Source: Candidatus Latescibacterota bacterium (GTDB taxonomy: Bacteria > Latescibacterota > UBA2968 > UBA8231). Taken from it: a DNA stretch of 64,000 nt. The stretch spans positions 640,001 to 704,000 of the forward strand of contig OZ241889.1 of the NCBI GenBank assembly GCA_965203355.1, read 5' to 3'. Each line of letters begins with the position of its first letter. Position 1 is the first letter of the stretch. Below the pieces are notes generated by a model that was not told where the DNA came from, ran no database searches, and saw only the letters and a program-made list of their open reading frames with translations. Shown here piece after piece: positions 9,611-17,774 of this stretch. The position numbers and the translations under genes are program-made.

Positions 9611-9876
9611 TCAATAAAGGGCTAGAATTTCAAAGAGACCCACTACCGGAGCCCCACTGACCGGCGGAATAAGCACTACTTCGTCCCCGGCTTGTAACGC
9701 GGTCTGGCTCCCCGCGTACTCGGAGTTGACCGCAATCGACAACACCTGCTGCACCGCGGCCAGTTGCGGATACGCGGCCACGAGTTCGCGCTGCAAGCTT
9801 CGGCGATCTCCCACTCACAGCTTCTGTGGCCGACGGCATCGCGGCAGGAAGAAAAAAATAAAACCTTGATTTTCAT
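9611..9876 (-). pseudogene. moaD: MoaD/ThiS sulfur-carrier pseudogene (internal deletion/frameshift, C-terminal GG lost)
   Basis: MKIKVLFFSSCRDAVG..EIAE is in one frame and LQRELVAAYPQL..IAVNSEYA..LQAGDEVVLIPPVSG in another. It ends PPVSGAPVVG.. instead of PPVSGG*. Confidence 0.75.
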
Positions 9877-9929
9877 AATCAAGCACCAATAACGCCGCCT
9901 GACGCGACGAGCCGCGGCCAAAAAAGGAC

Positions 9930-10340
9930 ATGGGACCTCAAACCGAAAACTGAGGTCCCATTTCCGCAACTTGCGGTGTAGTGGGGGCTACTTGAGCAGC
10001 AACATCTTCTGGACGGCGAGGAAATCACCGCCCGCTTGCAAGCGGGCCGTAGGCGGGCGAGTTGACGTTCATAAAGAAAATGGGACCTCAAACCGAAAAC
10101 TGAGGTCCCATTTCCGTAACTCGCGGTGCCGCGGGTGCTACTTGAGCAGCAGCATCTTCTTGATGTCGACAAACGCTTCGCCGACCTGCAAGCGGTCCGT
10201 AAGCTGGCGATCTGACGTTCATAAGAAAATGGGACCCCAGAACATCGGGGTCCCATTTCCGTAACGCGCGGTGTCGCGTATGCTACTTGAGCAGCAGCAT
10301 CTTCTTGATGTCGAGGAAATCACCGCCCGCCTGCAAGCGG
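9930..10340 (-). repeat. tandem array, 149-150 bp period: three units of [last 18 codons + stop of a KMLLLK tail - hairpin terminator], joined by two similar 25-bp linkers
   Basis: TGGGACC hairpins start at 9931, 10081 and 10230. CTACTTGAGCAGC (= LLK*) is at 9988, 10138 and 10283. The tails read RLQAGGDFLDIKKMLLLK (gene), RLQVGEAFVDIKKMLLLK and RLQAGGDFLAVQKMLLLK. Confidence 0.95.
10226..10260 (-). terminator. intrinsic terminator of the giant surface-protein gene (two further copies at ~10076-10115 and ~9930-9965)
   Basis: GGAAATGGGACCCC-loop-GGGGTCCCATTTTC followed by T-rich sequence on the - strand. Confidence 0.8.
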
Positions 10341-13300
10341 TAGAAGTACATCCCGGACGACACGCTCTGGCCGCTATCGTTGGTCGCGTCCCATTCCACC
10401 GCGTAACGACCCGCCGCCTGATGCTCGGCAACCAGCGTCCGCACCGGCTGACCCAACACGTTATATACGGTCAGCCCCACGTCCGCCGCTTGCGGCAACG
10501 CATACTGAATCGTCGTCTGCGGATTGAACGGGTTCGGATAGTTGGCTGCCAGCGAAAACACGGCCGGGCGCGTCTGCACCGAAACCGGCGCGGGCAATGC
10601 CAAGCGGTTGAAGCCCAACGCCCGGTCATACGTCTGGCTGTCGGTGATTTCGAGGGTCGTGTGCTCGATCTCGGTCGTCGGCCGGAAGACCAAGCGCAGC
10701 ATCAGCTCGCCATCCGAAACGACGTCGCCGTGGGCGGCTACCGTCAACACGCCCGCTTGGTCGGCCAGCACCTGCGGCGTAGCGAACGCGCTCCCGCCCA
10801 GCGGCTGATCGGTCCGCACTTCGACGAAGGTTAGCTGGTCGGCGTCATAGGCTACTTGCAAGCCGTAGCCCTTGACCGCCACGAAATCGGCCAGTCGCAC
10901 ATTAACGACGAACTCTTCTCCTACGCTCGGCAGGGCTGTCGGCGCGTCCAGATACAGTCGCGCCTCCGCATTCAGCCCGGCTAGCAGCGGCACCGGCTTG
11001 CCCGCCACGGCCATGCTGCGACCGAAATGGTCGGCCAACACGAAGAAGTCGTCGAAGTCAATCGTCCCATTCGGCGCCAGGTCAAACGCCGGATCAAACC
11101 CGGCGTCACCGGCCGTCAAGCCGAAGCGGTCCGCCAACACGAAGAAGTCGTCGAACCCAATGCGTGCGTCGGCTCCGAACAGCCCCAACAGAGCCTGCCC
11201 TTGGCTATCGGCCACCCGGTTGCGCACGGCCAATGCGGTATGCTCAACCGAATCGGTCTCGTTGTCCCAATCGAAAGGCCGCACCTGATAGGTGTAATGC
11301 ACCCCATGCTGCGCCGTCTCATCGACGAAGGACGCGACCCCGGACGCCACCTCGGCGACCACGGAAAACGCTTCTTCGCCGACGGCGCGGCGATAGATGC
11401 GGTAGCCGTGTACGCCGACGACCGGCTCGACCGGTGCCGGGCCCAAGGCGCCAGCCACGACCCCTTGCAGCACCTGATCCGACGGCGACAGCGTCCACGT
11501 CAGCGCGATGCGACCACCCTGATCGTCCGGCGCATCCAACACCTGTAGTGCCGACACGGCCAACGGCGCGATGTCGTCAGTCGCCCGCACAGCCTCGGCC
11601 GTCCAAGTGATCGACGAACTCAGCACACTACTGACGACATTCAACTTCGGAGCCACGCCGCGAGCGTAGGCCAATGCTTCCGGCAGCAACGACGCCAGCA
11701 CCGGACCCTCCTGCGCGGCAGCGCGGCTGGCTTGCAGCGTCGCCGCCATCTGCGCGTAAGGCGCGGTCAGGTCGTCGGCCTCGACGAACACGGCTTTGGC
11801 CGCATGATGCGTGGTGCGACCCCCGCGCTCGGCGGCAATGCCCCAGCGCGTCGAGACGTTGTCCAGCGTCGCCACGATGGCGCGGCCCATCGCCACCCCA
11901 GGCACGGCATCCACCCGCGCCCACGGCACCATCTCATTTTCCAGCACCGGCAACGCACGGAAAATGCGATAGCCGTCCAGCGACTTATGATCCGCCGACA
12001 ACTCCCAAGACAGCATCACGAAACCGCCTTGGTCGCCTTGGCCGTCTGCACCTTTGTAGTCTTCGGCGACCAGGTTGGTCGGTGCCGACAGCGGCGGCTC
12101 CACCACCGCCATGCTCAACGGCAGCGACTGACTCGCGCCGCTGGCATCCATGACCGTGTAGGTCGCGACCGTCTCGCCCATCGTCGTCGGCGTCCCGGAA
12201 ATCGTCCGGGTCGCCGCGTCAAACGACAGCCCCGCTGGCAGCCCCGACACGCTATACGTCAGCGGTGGAGTGCCCCCGGAGACCGCCGGCAGCGTCAGGT
12301 TTGCCGGCACACCGACGGTGAATTGAATCATGTTGTCGGTGTGCGAGTCGGCCGGATTGGCTTTGCCGGCACCGCTGTTGAGACCGAACAACGAACTCAG
12401 GTCGCCAAAGTCCAGCATCGCGTTGATGGTAATCGCGAACATCAGCGAGACGCTTTCGGCGCCAGCCATGGCCGTGTAGGTGACCTCAACGGCCCCATCG
12501 GTCGCCGCTTCCGGCGTCCCCGAAATCGTCCGGGTCGCCGCGTCAAACGACAGCCCCGCTGGCAAACCCGACACGCTATACGTGATGGAGCCTTCGCCGC
12601 CCAACGCCACCGGCAACACCAACGGCGTAATCGCCGTGCCCGCCGTATAGGCATGTGCGTCGATCGAAGTGCCCTCGACGAAAGACAAGGGGATCATCAT
12701 CTCCCTATCGCCGTCATTATCGTCCATCATCCCGCTGTCTGTGTCCGTCAGCACCAGCGTCGCTGAACCCGCCGTCAAGCCGGGAAGCATCGCGTTGAGC
12801 ACCACCGTCTCGTCGCCTTCGGCCATACCGTCGGAGACCGGATCGATCAGCAGGCGCGTCGAACCCATAATCGAACCGGCGGCAATGGTAATGGTCGGAT
12901 TGAACAGCGCCGAGTAGTCCAAATCGCGCGCGGCACTCGAAGCCTCGTCAATCGAGACGGAGACCGTCGCGTTCTCGGCCAACGGCTTGCCGTCCAGCGC
13001 GGCCATGATCATCACTTCCGTCAATTCCGCCGACTCGCTGAGCGCGCTCGGCGTCACCGACAGCACCAGAGACGTGCTTGGCGTCTCGTCGTCGGAAATG
13101 CGCAGGTCCACCTGCCCCCAGCCGCCTGAAGCCGCCGCCCGAATACCCAAGTGCTTATGACCATCCGCCGAAGCGTTGTCAATCGGCGACAGGAAAAGCG
13201 TCGTCCAACCCATCGTCTCCCCGGCCGCAATGGTGATCGTCCCCGCTAATGTCGCGGTATAATCCACGTCGCGGGTGGCCGCCGCGCCGCTGGTCGGCGG

Positions 13301-15976
13301 CACAATCGTGAAACGGACCGTCTCAGCCGCCGGAGCCGCGCCCGACAAGGTCGCCGTAACTCGGATTTCAGCCGTGTCGCCGTTTTCGCGCACCGCCGAT
13401 TGCGAAGCCATCACACTCGCGACACCGACCGTCGCCGACGCGGCTTCACCCACCGTGATGGTGAAGGTCTTTGCGCCGCTGTCGCCATCGCTATCGAGCA
13501 CCATATAGACGACCGTGGCCATGCCCGCCAACGTCGGCGTGCCCGAAATCGTCCGCGTGGCCGCGTCAAACGACAGCCCCATCGGCAAGGTCGCCGAAAC
13601 GCTGTACATCAGCGTTCCTTGGCCGCCCATCGCCGCGGGCAACACCGTGCTGAACGCTTGCCCCACCGTCGCTTCAAAGGCTAACGCGGCAGCACCAAAG
13701 CTCGGTCGGCCCGTGTCCGCGGTCGTATCCGAAGAACCAGAATCATCCATCATCGCCGCGTCTTTCAGCGTGATCGTCGCGGTGCCGACCGTGATCTTGT
13801 CGTCGTCTTGGTTCTTGAGATTGTCCGTGAGCTGCTTGATCGTGATCGTCTTGTCGTTGGCGGGTTTGCCATCGTTGATCGGCGTGATCGTGATCGTCGT
13901 CGAGCCGGTGATCTCGCCGCGCGGAATCGTCAGCGAGCCAAGCACCGCCGTGTATTCTATATCCCGCGTCGCCTTCTTGTCCGGCGTCCGATCTACGACC
14001 AGCGTGATCGTCGCCGCCGCGTCCAGCACCTTGCCGTCCAACGTGCCGGTCACCGTCACCGTCGTCGCCCCGGCGTCCTTTTTGATTTCGCTCGGATTGA
14101 CCGACAGCGTGATGTCATCGCTCAGCGTCTCATCGTCCGTGATCTTGAACTCCACCGTATCCATCTGAGACGCTTCGGTGCCGACCTTCGCTATCACCTC
14201 GAACGTCCGATCCCCATTCACACCGCTGTTGTCCACCGGCGTGACCCGCAACGTCGCCGCGCCTTTCGTATCACCCGCCGGGATCGTCAACCCCTCAGTC
14301 ACCTCCACCTCGTAATGCACATCGCGCGTCCCCGTGCTATTCGTAAGAATCTGAAAGTCCACCGCCTTCGCGCCGGTTAGGGCTTTCTTCAATTCAACCG
14401 TCATCGCAATGTCGGTCGCCCCGGCGGCCTCGCGGATCATCTTCGGACTCAGCGTAAAATCCTTGATCTCCGCCACCGCAACGTCCTCAACCGTGATGGT
14501 GCCCCGATTGACCTTAATATCAGGCAAGATAAAAGATTCCACATACTTAATGGTGTCCCCAACACCGAACGTATCATCAAAGTCGCCATCGCCGTTAAGG
14601 TCGATACGGCCCACCCAATCAAATAAGTTTACGCGTCGCAAACCCACTTCACTTATAGCATTTCCGGTCGGCATATAGGAGTCCAAATAATCACCATCCC
14701 AACTGAGACTTCCCGCGTCCCTGCTCGCGTTCGTAAAGTCGACCCCCAACTCGCTTTCTACCAAGGCGGGGCCGCTCACAGGTACGGAGTCGATTCGATC
14801 CAAAACTCCTGTAGATCCCAAAGTGTAGGATAGAGCAGCTCCCTTATTAAAGGAAAGATCACCATCGCCGTTGAGGTCAAAGCAGATATAGAGATCTCGC
14901 TTTCCCTCACCGGTGTTCGTTTCTTTGACACTTGATCTGGCACCGGCAGGTATGACAAAATCATCTTTGTCCCACGTACCATCGCAGTTGATGTCTACCC
15001 GGACCTGCTTACCATTATACATCCGTTTCTTGATGACCTCCCCCTTCAGCAACGTATCCCTGGCCCCAACCACGATCTTGCCCGCCTTATTATTCGGATC
15101 GAGGGTGAACGTCGTCGTCCCTTCGATCTTCCGCTTTGGAATGGTCAACTTCCCCAGCCCCCTAAGCGAGTAATCCACATCGCGCGTCAACGTATCGGCA
15201 GCACCGCTAACAACAACCAACTGGGGTTCAAGCTTTTTGCTCGTCAACGCGCCGCCATCCAACGTGCCTGTCACTTCAATCGAAGTCACATCCGCCTGCT
15301 TGCTGAGTTTGGACGGCTTAAAAGAAAGATTAATCGCCTGCGGATACTGATCGTCGTCGAGGATCTCCACATACAGGTACTTCAAATTATTGCCGCCCTC
15401 ACCACCGCCGCTCTCCGTTACATACCTTTGCTGAGGACGATATATTATGTTTGCATTACCCGGCGTAAAACGAATAGGGACAAGAATATTAGGGAGTCCA
15501 CGCAGCAAAGTTTGAGCAACCGCCTTTTCCGTTTCCGGCGTACTCCAGAAGTCGTTTCGATCAAGATCAAGGGACTCCTTCGTGCTCTCTGGGGTAGGTC
15601 CGATCCGATCGTTGGGAATCGGGGTTATGGTGATAGTCCCAGTCGCCTTTTTCGCCCCCGCCTTAATCACGAGACTGGAGGGGAAGGATACTCTGAATAA
15701 GTCATTGAGATACTGTGCGGAGGCACTTGCTGCGGGGATACCCATTGCAATCTGAATGTCTTCGTCCGCCGCCTTGTCGTCTTCCACGACGGCTTCGACC
15801 GTAATATCTTGCGCTCCACCGTCCTCGTGGACGAAAAGCGGGTCAAGGGTAACATGAACATTCTTCTTCTGCTGACCCTTGGCCTCGCCGGCCCAGCCCA
15901 ACACCAAAATGGCCGCCAGCAAACAAGGCACAAAAGCCAAACGCGGCATCGGCACGAACAACTTCGCATGTATCAT
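10283..15976 (-). CDS. giant secreted/surface protein (~1897 aa): Calx-beta/Ig-like repeats, 3 He_PIG-type Ig domains, Fn3-like, EF-hand/dockerin-like pair, cohesin-like domain, FlgD-Ig/T9SS-type C-terminal domain
   Basis: CAGGAG RBS and ATG 15976, signal peptide ending WAGEAKG. Repeated 'L.V.P..I.E....T.I.VT.TL..ATRDVDY..LTIP.G..GTTTITITP' units and GLSFDAATRTISGTP x3. IGFDDFFVLADRFG / IDFDDFFVLADHFG. NYPNPFNPQTTIQY..WDATNDSGQSVSSGMYFYRL..KKMLLLK. Confidence 0.88.
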   Translation of the reverse strand: MIHAKLFVPMPRLAFVPCLLAAILVLGWAGEAKGQQKKNVHVTLDPLFVHEDGGAQDITVEAVVEDDKAADEDIQIAMGIPAASASAQYLNDLFRVSFPSSLVIKAGAKKATGTITITPIPNDRIGPTPESTKESLDLDRNDFWSTPETEKAVAQTLLRGLPNILVPIRFTPGNANIIYRPQQRYVTESGGGEGGNNLKYLYVEILDDDQYPQAINLSFKPSKLSKQADVTSIEVTGTLDGGALTSKKLEPQLVVVSGAADTLTRDVDYSLRGLGKLTIPKRKIEGTTTFTLDPNNKAGKIVVGARDTLLKGEVIKKRMYNGKQVRVDINCDGTWDKDDFVIPAGARSSVKETNTGEGKRDLYICFDLNGDGDLSFNKGAALSYTLGSTGVLDRIDSVPVSGPALVESELGVDFTNASRDAGSLSWDGDYLDSYMPTGNAISEVGLRRVNLFDWVGRIDLNGDGDFDDTFGVGDTIKYVESFILPDIKVNRGTITVEDVAVAEIKDFTLSPKMIREAAGATDIAMTVELKKALTGAKAVDFQILTNSTGTRDVHYEVEVTEGLTIPAGDTKGAATLRVTPVDNSGVNGDRTFEVIAKVGTEASQMDTVEFKITDDETLSDDITLSVNPSEIKKDAGATTVTVTGTLDGKVLDAAATITLVVDRTPDKKATRDIEYTAVLGSLTIPRGEITGSTTITITPINDGKPANDKTITIKQLTDNLKNQDDDKITVGTATITLKDAAMMDDSGSSDTTADTGRPSFGAAALAFEATVGQAFSTVLPAAMGGQGTLMYSVSATLPMGLSFDAATRTISGTPTLAGMATVVYMVLDSDGDSGAKTFTITVGEAASATVGVASVMASQSAVRENGDTAEIRVTATLSGAAPAAETVRFTIVPPTSGAAATRDVDYTATLAGTITIAAGETMGWTTLFLSPIDNASADGHKHLGIRAAASGGWGQVDLRISDDETPSTSLVLSVTPSALSESAELTEVMIMAALDGKPLAENATVSVSIDEASSAARDLDYSALFNPTITIAAGSIMGSTRLLIDPVSDGMAEGDETVVLNAMLPGLTAGSATLVLTDTDSGMMDDNDGDREMMIPLSFVEGTSIDAHAYTAGTAITPLVLPVALGGEGSITYSVSGLPAGLSFDAATRTISGTPEAATDGAVEVTYTAMAGAESVSLMFAITINAMLDFGDLSSLFGLNSGAGKANPADSHTDNMIQFTVGVPANLTLPAVSGGTPPLTYSVSGLPAGLSFDAATRTISGTPTTMGETVATYTVMDASGASQSLPLSMAVVEPPLSAPTNLVAEDYKGADGQGDQGGFVMLSWELSADHKSLDGYRIFRALPVLENEMVPWARVDAVPGVAMGRAIVATLDNVSTRWGIAAERGGRTTHHAAKAVFVEADDLTAPYAQMAATLQASRAAAQEGPVLASLLPEALAYARGVAPKLNVVSSVLSSSITWTAEAVRATDDIAPLAVSALQVLDAPDDQGGRIALTWTLSPSDQVLQGVVAGALGPAPVEPVVGVHGYRIYRRAVGEEAFSVVAEVASGVASFVDETAQHGVHYTYQVRPFDWDNETDSVEHTALAVRNRVADSQGQALLGLFGADARIGFDDFFVLADRFGLTAGDAGFDPAFDLAPNGTIDFDDFFVLADHFGRSMAVAGKPVPLLAGLNAEARLYLDAPTALPSVGEEFVVNVRLADFVAVKGYGLQVAYDADQLTFVEVRTDQPLGGSAFATPQVLADQAGVLTVAAHGDVVSDGELMLRLVFRPTTEIEHTTLEITDSQTYDRALGFNRLALPAPVSVQTRPAVFSLAANYPNPFNPQTTIQYALPQAADVGLTVYNVLGQPVRTLVAEHQAAGRYAVEWDATNDSGQSVSSGMYFYRLQAGGDFLDIKKMLLLK

Positions 15977-15978
15977 TA

Positions 15979-16329
15979 CTAAATCTCCTGAAGGAAAGTA
16001 TCGCCCAAGGGCGAAAGGGAAAGGGTAGAAGGAAATGGACTTAGCCTTATCACTAAGCCGTTGCGTTCTTGTATTTTTGCTACCGTTGAGCAAGACGAAT
16101 CCCTCGCGGCGAGAGCTAGGCTACGACGTCGCCGGCCGATAACCGCGAGGCTACCGAGGATGGGTTTCAATGCCCAAGAAAATCGGGGGGGGGGGGGTAA
16201 ATCATTGTTTTTTAACGACTTATGGCGATTAAGCCTCGGCGTTATCGCAAGTGTAGAACAAGGCACCGCTATCGCATCAAGCACCGCTCCCGGCGATGGC
16301 GTTCTTTGTGCTATTGACGTTGTGCCCAT
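15979..16329 (-). CDS. putative leader ORF (116 aa) containing a C13 tract, stopping 2 nt before the surface-protein ATG
   Basis: ORF track; ..KSLKNNDLPPPPR.. spans the tract; junction GAGATT-TAG-TA-ATG; RBS weak. Confidence 0.35.
   Translation of the reverse strand: MGTTSIAQRTPSPGAVLDAIAVPCSTLAITPRLNRHKSLKNNDLPPPPRFSWALKPILGSLAVIGRRRRSLALAARDSSCSTVAKIQERNGLVIRLSPFPSTLSLSPLGDTFLQEI
16185..16197. repeat. G13/C13 homopolymer, next to the imperfect palindrome TAAATCATTG-N5-TAACGACTTA (IHF-like)
   Basis: Direct read: aatcGGGGGGGGGGGGGtaaatcattgttttttaacgactta. Confidence 0.9.
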
Positions 16330-16395
16330 GTCCTGTTAATCCGACTAAGAATGCCGCAAGCGGCGGCGGGTTCTATACCGAAACGCAACGCTGTA

Positions 16396-16424
16396 TAAAT
16401 ATGAATTTTGTGAAAATAAGTCAA
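16396..16424 (-). promoter_or_regulatory. candidate sigma70 promoter for the leader/surface-protein transcript
   Basis: TTGACT-N17-TATTTA on the - strand in an AT-rich intergenic stretch. Confidence 0.45.
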
Positions 16425-16707
16425 GTGCAGAAGTTCCCGTAACATTATGATGGAGATCGAATCAGAAGCCTACTATTGGAGACGTTAGCGAGAACATCGG
16501 TGGGTGACTAACAAAAAATGTCAAGGGAAAAGTAAGGGGTCTGACCAATAAAACGCTAAGCCAGCTAATCCAGCGTCCGCTTGGATCGCACGAGCCTGCG
16601 CCAGCCCCGACACAGAAAACACTGCGGAAAATCCGGGCCGATGACCGGACTTAGCGGAAACCAAAGCAGCGCGTGGACCACCTTGATTATTTTGCACAAA
16701 ACGTTTT

Positions 16708-17331
16708 TCATGGTTTTTCCTCCTCGGCGAAGAGTTGCTCGGTTACTGCGGCCATCAGCTCGGGGCCGTCGCTCTGACGGAAGAGGAACCGCACCTTGCC
16801 CTGCTGGTCAATCAGGTAGGTATAGGTCGAGTGATCGACTAAGTAAGCGTCCTGCTCCGCTCCGAGGGAATAGTGAGCACCATACTGGCGCACCACTTGG
16901 TCGATTTCCTCCTTGTCGCCGCGCAGGCCAATCGCATCAATGGCGAAATAGCCGAGATACTCCGCCAACTTCTCCTGCGTATCGCGCTTGGGATCAACGG
17001 TGACGAAGAGGGTCGTCAACTCCTGCTGGTGCTCGTCTAAGAGCTGATAGACGCGGCCCATCTTCGACAGGGTCACCGGACAGATGTCCGGGCAATAGGT
17101 GTACCCGAAGAAGAGCATGGCGGCTTGGCCGCGCAAACGTTGCAACTCAAAGCGCACCCCGTGCTGATCCACGAGCGCGAAGTCGCCGCCAATGCCGCCG
17201 AAGTCCTGTAAGGAGGGGACTTCCAAGGGGGTGGATTCGGCGACTGGGTCTTTTGGGGCCTCTGGCTGTGCGCCGCAAGCCGCAAGCCACGCAAACACCG
17301 CGCAACAGACCAGCGCGTCAATCGCTCTCAT
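16708..17331 (-). CDS. SCO1/SenC family copper chaperone (lipoprotein)
   Basis: LAAC lipobox, FFGYTYCPDICP, VTVDPKRD, VDHSTYTYLID. Confidence 0.93.
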   Translation of the reverse strand: MRAIDALVCCAVFAWLAACGAQPEAPKDPVAESTPLEVPSLQDFGGIGGDFALVDQHGVRFELQRLRGQAAMLFFGYTYCPDICPVTLSKMGRVYQLLDEHQQELTTLFVTVDPKRDTQEKLAEYLGYFAIDAIGLRGDKEEIDQVVRQYGAHYSLGAEQDAYLVDHSTYTYLIDQQGKVRFLFRQSDGPELMAAVTEQLFAEEEKP

Positions 17332-17758
17332 AAAGACCTTTCTTTTGCACCCGCATTTGTACGCGCCTTTCTGTTCCGTCGCCAAACCGCAACACCAACT
17401 CCACCTCATCGCCATCCCGCAGCGGCTGGCGCAGTTCCATCAGCATCAAATGGGTGCCACCCGGCTCCAGCGCAACCTCTTCACCTGCTGGGATCGGCAG
17501 CTCCGCGACTCGGCGCATCGTCATCCGGTCGTCCTTGTATTCCATTACGTGTATCTCTGTTTGCTCGGCGACCTCGGTTTCCACAGCGACCCATGCGATG
17601 GATTCGCCGCCGCGATTTTCAACGACCAAGTAACCAGCCGCTGGGCTGCGCGGGGGCGGCTCGCGGATCCAAGCGTCGCGCACGACGATGGGGTCGCCGG
17701 TATGCTCTTTTGCACATCCAAACACCGAAACCAACAAAAACGCAACGGCAATTTTCAC
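17318..17758 (-). CDS. PCu(A)C copper chaperone (lipoprotein)
   Basis: DAWIRE, AAGYLVVEN, EIH..M.M, LEPGGTHLMLM (H-x-M..HxM copper motif). Confidence 0.92.
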   Translation of the reverse strand: MKIAVAFLLVSVFGCAKEHTGDPIVVRDAWIREPPPRSPAAGYLVVENRGGESIAWVAVETEVAEQTEIHVMEYKDDRMTMRRVAELPIPAGEEVALEPGGTHLMLMELRQPLRDGDEVELVLRFGDGTERRVQMRVQKKGLYESD

Positions 17759-17774
17759 CGGATGTCTTCCTTAC

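Noticed and set aside
9879-10264. ORFs 9879-10256 (-) and 9971-10264 (+) with repeated CCC/RCSG motifs
   Set aside because: They are translations through the 150-bp array and its terminators, not credible proteins.
9930-10340. CRISPR array or DGR template/variable repeats
   Set aside because: The period is 150 bp and the 'spacers' are homologous to each other, with no cas genes. Differences are not restricted to adenines and there is no reverse transcriptase in the window.
12198-12564. ~43-bp direct repeat inside the giant gene
   Set aside because: Explained by the duplicated He_PIG-type Ig domains (GLSFDAATRTISGTP).
15977-16329. Poly-C frameshift creating an N-terminal extension of the adhesin
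   Set aside because: In-frame TAG codons at 16151 and 16121 block fusion in the adhesin frame.
16080-16700. Riboswitch (e.g. c-di-GMP) upstream of the adhesin
   Set aside because: Hairpins are present, but I could not match any known aptamer consensus by eye.
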